The notes under the pieces were generated by a model that was not told where the DNA came from, made no database searches, and was given only the letters and a program-made list of their open reading frames with translations. A DNA stretch of 59,571 nt from a virus (lineage: Duplodnaviria > Caudoviricetes), in the IMG/VR virus record IMGVR_UViG_3300009108_000010, positions 1 to 59,571 of that record, one strand, 5' to 3'. A program made the position numbers and the translations under genes. Positions 29,969 to 38,643 of the stretch are shown here, one piece after another (position 1 is the first letter of the stretch; the number at the start of each line of letters is the position of its first letter).

Positions 29969-30811
29969 TTATTCTCCAAGTTGTTCTTCTAAATGTGTAG
30001 CTTTAACACTTTGTATAGCACTTGAAAATAATTCTTTAGCTTCTGCAACAGAAACATTATGCCACTCTAACGAAGTTGTATTAGTAGAACTAACTTTTTC
30101 TTTTCGTTTCTTTTTCTTAATAAACTTATTAAAATGTTTGTGTACTTCATGCTCATTAAAGTGTAACTTATCTGTTATGTGATAATCTATAACTTTACAT
30201 TCAGTAGGATTACATGCATTAAAACCTGCTATACGAGATTTAAGTCCAGTAGTCATACCTATTTTAACCCAATCTTTCCAAGACTCATTTGTTATACAAT
30301 AAATATAACCAAATTCACCTCTCTTTATTTTAAAACTATTTTCTTCAGTCATTTCTTTCTCCTTTTTTGTTTTAGTTTTATCTTCAGGAACTACTTCAAA
30401 AGCTTCATCTTCATTATCACAATTATAAGGTACTAAATTTATTACTTGAACTGCGTGTAAATCTGCTGAAACTCCTTTATGCTCTTTAAATTCCCATTCA
30501 TAAGTAGAATATAATACATTAACCAATGAACCATTACCAACTCTAGTTGTAGACATATCATTCTTTTGAGCATCAATAATTTTTGGTGGTTTATTTTTAT
30601 CACCATCTGCACGCCTAACTTTTCTTTTAATGATAACAAAATCACCTCTATCATCACCTCTATTCTTAACAGTTAATCCATTCTCTTCAGCTCTTTTTTT
30701 ATTTTTTTTATTAAGATTACCAACATCTATAGACCATACTCCATCTGTATCAAATGTAGTATTTGGAGTAATGATTGAAGCCCAATATGCTTTACCTTGT
30801 ATAGTACTCAT
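29969..30811 (-). CDS. SSB paralog fused to a T5orf172/GIY-YIG nuclease domain
   Basis: 92 of the first 130 aa identical to 22434-22913 (hand count); C-domain GYIYCITN..W.DWVKIGMT...R....N...E...H...EW. Confidence 0.8.
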   Translation of the reverse strand: MSTIQGKAYWASIITPNTTFDTDGVWSIDVGNLNKKNKKRAEENGLTVKNRGDDRGDFVIIKRKVRRADGDKNKPPKIIDAQKNDMSTTRVGNGSLVNVLYSTYEWEFKEHKGVSADLHAVQVINLVPYNCDNEDEAFEVVPEDKTKTKKEKEMTEENSFKIKRGEFGYIYCITNESWKDWVKIGMTTGLKSRIAGFNACNPTECKVIDYHITDKLHFNEHEVHKHFNKFIKKKKRKEKVSSTNTTSLEWHNVSVAEAKELFSSAIQSVKATHLEEQLGE

Positions 30812-30996
30812 GCTAATTCATTCTCCTCAATTTTATAATCTTCTATAGCTTGGTTTATAGCAGTAATTTTTTTTCTATCATCAGGAAAATAAAATCCTTT
30901 AACATTTCTAGGATATTTTTTACCATTTATTTTAATTGTAAATGCTCGTGGTATACCATCTATATCTTTAGCTACTCTTGAAATTTTAATTCTCAT
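30808..30996 (-). CDS. Hypothetical early protein
   Basis: 62 aa, ATGA overlaps. Confidence 0.55.
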   Translation of the reverse strand: MRIKISRVAKDIDGIPRAFTIKINGKKYPRNVKGFYFPDDRKKITAINQAIEDYKIEENELA

Positions 30997-31271
30997 TTAT
31001 ATACCACTCCAAACTTATCTAACACATCTAATTCTTTTGGTGTTATATCTTTTACAGAATATACTTGTATATATGTATCCCAATCTCTTGAAAAATATTT
31101 ATTTGTTCCTTCTTCTTGTTCAACTTCTCCACCATAAACTTCCTCTATCAGTACCTTATCTTTAATAACTCCCACATCATAATCAGATTGAGTACCCATA
31201 GAGAACCAAGAGTACTCATGGTATTCATGCTCTCCATCTTGGATTTTATATGTTACTAGGAACATCTTCAT
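30993..31271 (-). CDS. Hypothetical early protein
   Basis: 92 aa, SD gaggag. Confidence 0.55.
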   Translation of the reverse strand: MKMFLVTYKIQDGEHEYHEYSWFSMGTQSDYDVGVIKDKVLIEEVYGGEVEQEEGTNKYFSRDWDTYIQVYSVKDITPKELDVLDKFGVVYK

Positions 31272-31398
31272 TCTCCTCTATTTCTACATCAGAAATATCT
31301 CCATAGTCATCAAGATTTTCATAGATTTCTGTTGCTTCTTCTTTACTATCTGCTTCAATTAAAACAGTATGCTTTGTTGTAAATATATATTCATTCAT
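31246..31398 (-). CDS. Small acidic early protein (50 aa, not in ORF track)
   Basis: MNEYIFTTKHTVLIEADSKEEA...; SD aaggag. Confidence 0.5.
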   Translation of the reverse strand: MNEYIFTTKHTVLIEADSKEEATEIYENLDDYGDISDVEIEENEDVPSNI

Positions 31399-32765
31399 TA
31401 TACATTCTCCTTATTATGTAAGAGTTGTTTCCATTGAGTTACTAAAGCTAGTCCAATAACTCCCCCACTCATTACAGGGTCTCTTGTCTTTAAAACTTTC
31501 TTTGGTAATGTAATTTCTTCAAAGAGTTTATTAACTCCACAATGTTCTTCACTTGGTTTCTTTCCATTATCATCCTCTAAAAAGAAATCATCAAGAACAA
31601 TTTGAGGATTATGTTTTAACATTTCAAAATCATGTTTAACTGTTTCATATGAATGTCCACCATCAATAAAGACAAAATCAGCATCCATTTTTTCTTTTAG
31701 TGTATCCTTTGTATCTCCTTCATGAAGAACATATTCAAATGTTTTTCCTAGTTTTTTCTTTTCTCTTGCATACTTATCTAATCTATCTTGTATTTCTTTT
31801 AAAGTATGGTGCGTCTTTGTATTAAATTCTTTTTTATCTAGTTCATTATTAGCTAGTCCAAATAAATCATATCCAATATATTGCACTACATCTGTATGTT
31901 TAAATGATGCATCTGCCATTTTGATAGCACGACCACCATTCCAAGTACCAGTTTCTATTATTTTATTAGCTTTATATTTTTCTATCATATCATAAAGAAA
32001 TGTATATCTACTAGCATTTATATCTTTAAATCCTTTGAAATGTTGTAGATAATTATTTAAAGAAGATTGATTAAATACATCTAATCCTCTTACACTTGGC
32101 GTAAGATTATGGGCTACTAATCCATGAGCCATATGAATTTTGAGAAGACGTTCAAATATAAAACCATCATGCCATTCTCTATATGCAATAGTTTCACCCA
32201 TGTTATAACAACCACGCATATCTTCTAAAAATTCTTGTGCCATCACAGAAAGTAAATTAAATCCTACGAAAGAAGTTTCGCTATAATCTATTGCAGTTCT
32301 ACCTAAATGAAGTATATCTATTTCTTTTTTACATAACTCATTAAGAAATTTTTTTGGTACTGGTTTATGAGTAACTGTATCAGCATCTAACCATATCAAC
32401 CATTTACTACTACTCATTCTAGCTGTTTCAGTCATAGCATAAACTTTATGACACCATTTAATAGCATCTCTTCTCCAATCATATTCAACTGTGCCACCAA
32501 GAGTACCATCATATCTAGCCATATTTTTTCTATAATTAATCATATCCTTTACATCATTTAAATTTTTATAAATAATGTTAGAAGCTCGTGGAATATCAGC
32601 AGGTAGTTTACAATCATGATACCATGCTTCTAGTTCTACATCTTTATTCCAAAACTTTTTAAAACTTTTAAGCATATCTTTTGCATAAAGTTTATATCCC
32701 TCTTCATTAAAGGAAGTAATAAGTACATAATGATTATCTTTATTCATCTGTACAACACTCCTCAT
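31398..32765 (-). CDS. GT-A-like + methyltransferase fusion, paralog of the N-terminal part of 13996-16344
   Basis: TSFNE, DAIKWCHKVYA, LIWLDAD, YREWHDGFIFERLL, HFKG, IIETGTWNGG, FIDGGHSYE, LDDF. Confidence 0.8.
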   Translation of the reverse strand: MRSVVQMNKDNHYVLITSFNEEGYKLYAKDMLKSFKKFWNKDVELEAWYHDCKLPADIPRASNIIYKNLNDVKDMINYRKNMARYDGTLGGTVEYDWRRDAIKWCHKVYAMTETARMSSSKWLIWLDADTVTHKPVPKKFLNELCKKEIDILHLGRTAIDYSETSFVGFNLLSVMAQEFLEDMRGCYNMGETIAYREWHDGFIFERLLKIHMAHGLVAHNLTPSVRGLDVFNQSSLNNYLQHFKGFKDINASRYTFLYDMIEKYKANKIIETGTWNGGRAIKMADASFKHTDVVQYIGYDLFGLANNELDKKEFNTKTHHTLKEIQDRLDKYAREKKKLGKTFEYVLHEGDTKDTLKEKMDADFVFIDGGHSYETVKHDFEMLKHNPQIVLDDFFLEDDNGKKPSEEHCGVNKLFEEITLPKKVLKTRDPVMSGGVIGLALVTQWKQLLHNKENV

Positions 32766-32895
32766 CTAATTTATCTTCATAAAATTGAACAGTAGCTACA
32801 ACACCTCTTGTTGCACTTGTTACAACTTGAAAATCAACATCATAAAATTCATTATCAAGTCTATTTAATAGTTCATGTTCTGTTAGTTTATCCAT
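32740..32895 (-). CDS. Small acidic early protein (51 aa, not in ORF track)
   Basis: MDKLTEHELLNRLDNEFYDVDF...; SD gaggagg. Confidence 0.5.
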   Translation of the reverse strand: MDKLTEHELLNRLDNEFYDVDFQVVTSATRGVVATVQFYEDKLDEECCTDE

Positions 32896-33172
32896 CTTTA
32901 ATATCCTCCTCTATTGAATTAACTAATACTCTAACATTATCTACATGGTTTTTTATTCTAGATAATTGTCCTTCTATTATATCTTTATCCTTTGTAGAAG
33001 TATTGTTAGTCTTGGATAAAGCTCTGATAACATGAATTAAATCCATGTCTAATATGTCACGTTCTTTACCTTCTGAACTTGAATAGTATTTAAAATCATA
33101 TTCATGTATATCAATAGGTGTATTCTTTTTCTCTATAACTTCTTGTAGTTCTATTAAATCTCTAATCTTCAT
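32888..33172 (-). CDS. Hypothetical early protein
   Basis: 94 aa; YYSSS...ILDMDLIHVIRA. Confidence 0.55.
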   Translation of the reverse strand: MKIRDLIELQEVIEKKNTPIDIHEYDFKYYSSSEGKERDILDMDLIHVIRALSKTNNTSTKDKDIIEGQLSRIKNHVDNVRVLVNSIEEDIKDG

Positions 33173-33288
33173 TGTCTATATCCTCTCTTATTTTATTAAA
33201 TGATTTATCAATTAATTCTCCATCTTCGCTAGGATTATCATCAAGATAATTTACTAATGCCCAACGAATATTTTCTAGTGCTTGTTCT

Positions 33289-33492
33289 TTAGTCATAAAC
33301 TTCTCCTTCACTATAATGTTGATTGTCTAAATCTCTAGACATTTCTTTATCATATTCCTTTATGAAAGTATTTATTTTTTCTATAGGAATTTCTTTTATA
33401 TTAGTCGTATCAAAAGCACCTTGTATAATACTCTCAATAGATGTATCAATTTCTGTATGTGTTTTATATTTTTTTATCATGTTATTCTCCAT
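33289..33492 (-). CDS. Hypothetical early protein
   Basis: About 63-67 aa. Confidence 0.5.
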   Translation of the reverse strand: MENNMIKKYKTHTEIDTSIESIIQGAFDTTNIKEIPIEKINTFIKEYDKEMSRDLDNQHYSEGEVYD

Positions 33493-33503
33493 AAATTATA
33501 TAT

Positions 33504-33531
33504 ATTATACTCATATAAATTTTAATGTCAA
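33504..33531 (-). promoter_or_regulatory. sigma70-type early promoter
   Basis: TTGACA-16 bp-TATAAT. Confidence 0.6.
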
Positions 33532-33534
33532 GTA

Positions 33535-33744
33535 TTATTTTTTACCATTTTTGTTACCAATATGGTAATATTCATCTCTTAATATTTTTATTCCTATAAA
33601 CATCATAATACCTATTGCAAATTCAGTAGCAAATATAAAAAACATAAATAAATCAATAGGATATTTAAAATACATAAGAAGTATTACACTTGTTATTGAA
33701 TGAAACAAAGCAAATACTCCAACAACTTTCATAAATGTTATCAT
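33535..33744 (-). CDS. Small two-TM membrane protein
   Basis: Two hydrophobic segments; SD aggag. Confidence 0.55.
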   Translation of the reverse strand: MITFMKVVGVFALFHSITSVILLMYFKYPIDLFMFFIFATEFAIGIMMFIGIKILRDEYYHIGNKNGKK

Positions 33745-33889
33745 TCTTCATTCTCCTGTTTGTAAACTATTATAAATTCTACTCCATAACTCATGGAAAT
33801 TATTTAAGTCATCATAAGGAATTTCATCTTTGTACTTCTCACAAAAAGCTAATAACTTATTACTCATTTCGTATAAATCTTCATTCATA

Positions 33890-34198
33890 TTAATATCCTT
33901 TTACTTCTATGTTCATGTCATGCTCCCATTTATTTTTAGTTATTATAAAACCTATTCTATTAACCCAATGGTAGCCACTTGTTACATACCAGACACAATC
34001 TTGTTCTCCTATTGTCCATATGTATCTTTCACCTTCTGGTTTCTTCATAGTTTCTATAAACTCTTTATCATCTACCCATACATTTTCATGGATAGGTATA
34101 TACTTGTTCAGAAATGTTTTACTATAAATAGTTTTCCATTTATCTCTGAACTCTGTTAATTTATATCCTCTGCTAATAATCATCTTCATTCTCCTCAT
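33890..34198 (-). CDS. Hypothetical early protein
   Basis: IWTI...VTSGYHWVNRIGFIIT..W. Confidence 0.6.
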   Translation of the reverse strand: MRRMKMIISRGYKLTEFRDKWKTIYSKTFLNKYIPIHENVWVDDKEFIETMKKPEGERYIWTIGEQDCVWYVTSGYHWVNRIGFIITKNKWEHDMNIEVKGY

Positions 34199-34306
34199 CT
34201 TCTTCTATGCCTAGTAGTTCTCTAACTTCTTCACAAGTTAGATTATACCTAGACCCTAGACAAGCAATGTCCATGCCTAGTGCATAGTCTTTATATAGTT
34301 CATGTT

Positions 34307-34516
34307 TCATCTTAACATACTCCATTTTTCATTCCAAAATTCCTCTAGTTCTTCTTCCACTTCATGTGTAGGAATATTAGGATTTGGGTGTGGTTTTCTT
34401 TGTGTCACTTCACTTGCAAATTCTGCGAAGTGTTTATGACCCTCATCAAATATCTTACCTACTGCAAGATACCATGTGTTTTCTTCGTCTAGTATTTGGT
34501 CTGATAATCTACTCAT
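34307..34516 (-). CDS. Hypothetical early protein
   Basis: 69 aa acidic, SD aggag. Confidence 0.55.
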   Translation of the reverse strand: MSRLSDQILDEENTWYLAVGKIFDEGHKHFAEFASEVTQRKPHPNPNIPTHEVEEELEEFWNEKWSMLR

Positions 34517-34685
34517 TCATACTTTCTCCTCTATTCTATATCCTAGATTAATTAGTAACTGCAATATCTCTAACAGTTTTCCTTTAGCTACTAATTCATT
34601 GTCTTCATTGTATATTTTATATTCTTTAGTCATTTTTATTCTCCTCTAAATTTTCTAATTATTTTTCCTTTATATGCTAGTTTTT

Positions 34686-34714
34686 AAAATACAGGAACTA
34701 GCAAAACCTGTCAA
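34686..34714 (-). promoter_or_regulatory. Possible early promoter overlapping an 8-bp inverted repeat
   Basis: TTGACA-17 bp-TATTTT; tgctagtt (34675-34682) / aactagca (34696-34703). Confidence 0.4.
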
Positions 34715-34722
34715 GTATTATT

Positions 34723-34920
34723 TTAACCTTCAAAGTTTAGTCTATCTAAACTCCAAAATGTTTTAGGTTTGTATACATATAGAGCTAAACTTCCAAAGTA
34801 TATAGAACATAGCGTATCTTTACCTTTACCTTTAATACCATACCATGTTTCACATTTACCTCTAGTAAACATTCTATTTGGTCTTGGTCTGTACTTTATA
34901 TTTTTAAATAATGTTTTCAT
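34723..34920 (-). CDS. Hypothetical early protein (first gene of the leftward arm)
   Basis: 65 aa basic, SD aagga. Confidence 0.5.
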   Translation of the reverse strand: MKTLFKNIKYRPRPNRMFTRGKCETWYGIKGKGKDTLCSIYFGSLALYVYKPKTFWSLDRLNFEG

Positions 34921-34971
34921 TATTTGTTTTCCTTATTTTTGTTTAATATGATTTACCATAGCACAGCTAGA

Positions 34972-35076
34972 TATAATTTCAACCTATATGTTACATAGGA
35001 AATTCCTATATCATACATTATTATATATCTTTTTAGTTATAGGTTTTTCCTATCTCAAGTATAGGTTGTAATTATA
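34972..35076. repeat. Symmetric inverted-repeat element with six ATAGG/CCTAT half-sites
   Basis: 39-bp arms 34972-35010 and 35038-35076, 32/39 matching; each contains ATAGG-N5-CCTAT. Confidence 0.85.
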
Positions 35077-35263
35077 ATTAATTAGTATACTCTATATATA
35101 GTTTTTAATTTATAAAGGTTTAAAAAAATGCAAAAAGAAAAACAATTAAATAAAATATTGAATAAAACTATGCAATTATTTTTAAATAAAAAAATTACAT
35201 ATAAACAAATGCAAGAATTAAATTTATTATATGCATTTAAAATTTTAATAAGGAATTAAAAAA

Positions 35264-36121
35264 ATGAAATTTGATAAAACAAAAATAATATATAATATAG
35301 ATAATTTAGAAAATTTATTATTTGATAGTAAAAAGGAAACATCAAAAGAAATAGCTACCAGAATAAAGCATAAAATATTTACTGATAAAAAAATATATAA
35401 TGCTTTCTGTAAATTCCCTAATTCTCTTTTATCTATTGAAAAAGATTTAAAGACAAGTAAAAACTCTAAAAATGGATATATTACAGGGATACAATATTTA
35501 TATAATTTAAAGCAATTTTGTACACATGCAAAAATTGCTAATTGTTTTAAAACTTGTATTTTGCATACTGGCAATGCTATTATATTTGAAAATATAAATA
35601 TATATAGATTAATAAAAGCATTATTTAAAATACAATATCCAAAAGAATATTTAAAACTATTAAAAAAAGATACTGAAAAACTTTTAAGAATAGCTAATAA
35701 AAAGAATTTAAAACCTTGTATTAGATTAAATGGTACAAGTGACATTGAATTTGAAAAAGACTCTAACATATTTAATTATATAAAATATTATACTATACAA
35801 CATAATATTAAATATTATGACTATACCAAAAAACCATTAAGAAATACCAAAGGTTTTATTGACTTAACATTTTCCTATAGCAATGAAAGTAAATATAAAA
35901 AATATGTTGATATAGCATTAAGTAAAAAAATGAGAATAGCTATTGTAATACATGAAAAAGTTATAGATAAATATGTAAAGCAAGGTTTTTTATATAGTAA
36001 TATGATTTCAGGTGATAGTAACGACTTAACATTTTTAAAACCTGAGAATAGTACATTATATTTAAAAGCAAAAGGTTTTTTACCTAGCTTTAAAGATAAT
36101 AATTTTATGTTAGTTGAATAA
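35264..36121 (+). CDS. Phage gp88-like protein
   Basis: C-x7-C-x3-C (CTHAKIANCFKTC), IRLNGTSDI, YYDYTK, LTFSYS, GD..DL.F, LKAKG. Confidence 0.75.
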   Translation: MKFDKTKIIYNIDNLENLLFDSKKETSKEIATRIKHKIFTDKKIYNAFCKFPNSLLSIEKDLKTSKNSKNGYITGIQYLYNLKQFCTHAKIANCFKTCILHTGNAIIFENINIYRLIKALFKIQYPKEYLKLLKKDTEKLLRIANKKNLKPCIRLNGTSDIEFEKDSNIFNYIKYYTIQHNIKYYDYTKKPLRNTKGFIDLTFSYSNESKYKKYVDIALSKKMRIAIVIHEKVIDKYVKQGFLYSNMISGDSNDLTFLKPENSTLYLKAKGFLPSFKDNNFMLVE

Positions 36122-36190
36122 ATAACTTGCATTAATATTTTTTTATCTATATATAGATTATTAATATTAATTAAAGAAGGAAAAATAACA

Positions 36191-36388
36191 ATGAATAATG
36201 AAATAACAAATTATATAGATAATTATAAAAATAAAGCTTTTAAAACTGGCTCTTACTTTCCAGACAATAAAAGATATATAAGCAATGGCTTTCATTCTGA
36301 GACTATTATAAATGAAATAGTTGAAAAGTTTGGTTTGTCATATGAATTTACAAAGGAATTAGTACATGAATATTTATTAAAAAAATAA
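36191..36388 (+). CDS. Hypothetical protein
   Basis: 65 aa, SD aagga, followed by a terminator. Confidence 0.5.
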   Translation: MNNEITNYIDNYKNKAFKTGSYFPDNKRYISNGFHSETIINEIVEKFGLSYEFTKELVHEYLLKK

Positions 36389-36407
36389 ACTTTTAAACCT
36401 TACAAAT

Positions 36408-36445
36408 AAAAAGAGTTATTGATTGATTTTAATAACTCTTTTTTT
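36408..36445 (+). terminator. Intrinsic (possibly bidirectional) terminator
   Basis: aaaaagagttatt-10 nt-aataactcttttttt. Confidence 0.65.
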
Positions 36446-36921
36446 ATATATAATATAGTGTTTAATGGTTCATAAATAGCCATGCACTAGCCATAAATAC
36501 ATTTAATATACTAACATACTACAAACTAAAGAAAGCTTTGTATAAGCTTATTTAATGCTTTTAAATAGATTTTAATAATCAATATAATAATCAATAGAAT
36601 AAATAATAATAATGACTGGTTATTATTAGATTGTAGTCACTACCTTGCTTTATATAGGTTTATAGATTGATTTAATACATAATACACTTCTTCTTGATGA
36701 TAATTTATGAAGTAATAACCAATATAAAAAGAATTACATAGATTATATTAAATTTTAAAAGATTCTTTTTAATAAGGTATTGATTGAGAATGATTTGCAT
36801 TATTATAAAAGGAATTGCACCACCCCACCCCAAAAAACGCATGCGTGTATTATATATATATATGATACCCCCATATATTTACCTAAAAACTAGGGTCTAT
36901 AACTAAAAATAAAAAAAAGAC

Positions 36922-36950
36922 TTGACATTAAGTGGGGAGTAGTGTATAAT
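36922..36950 (+). promoter_or_regulatory. Consensus sigma70 promoter upstream of terL
   Basis: TTGACA-17 bp-TATAAT with an upstream A-tract. Confidence 0.8.
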
Positions 36951-37064
36951 TATATATAATATATAAAGATTTAAAAACCACAAGTACATTATACTTTGTT
37001 TTTCATTTTTGTTTTTTGTTTTTCCTTATAAAAAATATAATAACATACAACAAGGATTATAACA

Positions 37065-38606
37065 TTGGAAACTATAGAGAACTCTATAGACATATCACCT
37101 CTTTTAACTCTTAATAATCTCTTAAATATTAAGGTTAAACAGGAATCTAAAGCAGATTTCCTAACATTTGTTCGCCAAATGGCTCCAAAGCTTGTTTCTG
37201 ATTGGAAGATGGGTAGACATATAGAGGTTATTAGTGAAAAATTACGACAATTAGAAGCTGGAGAGATAAAAAGACTCATGGTTTTTCTACCACCCAGGTC
37301 TTCTAAGTCTGTAATCTGTTCTAAATTGTTTCCTGCATGGTATATTGGAAGGAATCCAGAACATGAGATACTTACTGTTTCCCATAGTGACCAGCTTTCA
37401 AGTGATTTTGGTCGTTCTGTCAGAGATTTGGTCAATGAAGAAGATTTTCAGAATGTTTTCAAAGGAGTGTCCTTACGTACAGATGTACGAGCAGCAGGTA
37501 AATGGAAGACAAATGTGGGAGGAACCTACTATGCTGCTGGAGTACGATCCCAGATTGCAGGAAGAGGTGCACACATTGCGATCCTTGATGATGTCATGTC
37601 AGAAGAGGATTCATACTCTGAAGCAGGCAGAAGATACGTTAAGGAATGGTATCCAGCAGGACTAAGAACACGTATTATGCCCAATGGTTCCATATTAATA
37701 ATAAATACAAGGTATCATTATGATGATCTTTGTGGATGGTTACTAAAACAACAAGAAAATGTAGGAGATTATGCTGTAACTCCTTGGGATGTAGTAAGAA
37801 TACCAGCATGGCTTGACGAAAATGCAGCAGAATTACTTAATTTACCTATAGGTTCTAGTTATTTTCCAGAATGGAAGCCAGAAGAAGTATTAAAAGTAGA
37901 TGAATCAGAAATAAAAGCATCAAATGGTGCACGATATTGGAATGCATTGTATATGCAGGACCCAACTCCTGATGAAGGTGGTTTAATTAAAAAGAAATGG
38001 ATACGTTGGTGGGAATATGATGAACCACCTCCATGTGATTTTATAATACAAACATATGATACAGCATTTTCTACTAAGACAACAGCAGATTATAGTGTCA
38101 TACAAACATGGGGTATATTCTCCATGTATGATCAGGATGAAGATGGGTATGAAAATTATCAATCCAATTTACTTTTATTAGGAAATATAAAAGGTAGATT
38201 TGAATATCCAGAATTAAGACGTATGGCTCAATTATTGTACCATGAACATAAACCTGATGTTTGTATGATAGAAAAGAAAGCATCAGGACAATCATTAATA
38301 CAAGATATGCGTAGATCTGGTGTACCTGTATTAGAATATTTACCTGATAAAGATAAAGTATCCAGAGTTTATGCAGCATCTCCTATGATGGAATCAGGTC
38401 GTGTATGGATACCAAAAAATAAGAAGTGGTCAGAAGATTTACTGGAAGAAATGTTAAGGTTTCCCAATGCTGCACATGATGATCAGGTAGATGCTATGAC
38501 CATGGCAATACATTATATGAAAGAGTCTTGGCACCTATCACATCCAGAAGATCCTGATTGGGAAGATGAACCTAGAAAGAAAAAGGTTGCATACTGGCGA
38601 ACTTAG
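37065..38606 (+). CDS. terL: Terminase large subunit
   Basis: Walker A-like PPRSSKS, Walker B AILDD, TRYHYDDL, ALYMQDP, nuclease YDTAF...DYS, IEKKASG, HDDQVDA; TTG start. Confidence 0.95.
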   Translation: METIENSIDISPLLTLNNLLNIKVKQESKADFLTFVRQMAPKLVSDWKMGRHIEVISEKLRQLEAGEIKRLMVFLPPRSSKSVICSKLFPAWYIGRNPEHEILTVSHSDQLSSDFGRSVRDLVNEEDFQNVFKGVSLRTDVRAAGKWKTNVGGTYYAAGVRSQIAGRGAHIAILDDVMSEEDSYSEAGRRYVKEWYPAGLRTRIMPNGSILIINTRYHYDDLCGWLLKQQENVGDYAVTPWDVVRIPAWLDENAAELLNLPIGSSYFPEWKPEEVLKVDESEIKASNGARYWNALYMQDPTPDEGGLIKKKWIRWWEYDEPPPCDFIIQTYDTAFSTKTTADYSVIQTWGIFSMYDQDEDGYENYQSNLLLLGNIKGRFEYPELRRMAQLLYHEHKPDVCMIEKKASGQSLIQDMRRSGVPVLEYLPDKDKVSRVYAASPMMESGRVWIPKNKKWSEDLLEEMLRFPNAAHDDQVDAMTMAIHYMKESWHLSHPEDPDWEDEPRKKKVAYWRT

Positions 38607-38615
38607 TGGTATAAT
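38587..38615 (+). promoter_or_regulatory. sigma70 promoter upstream of the 402-aa gene and portal
   Basis: TTGCAT-17 bp-TATAAT with TGn extension. Confidence 0.65.
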
Positions 38616-38643
38616 AGATAGTATATAGGGGAAATTCAATATA

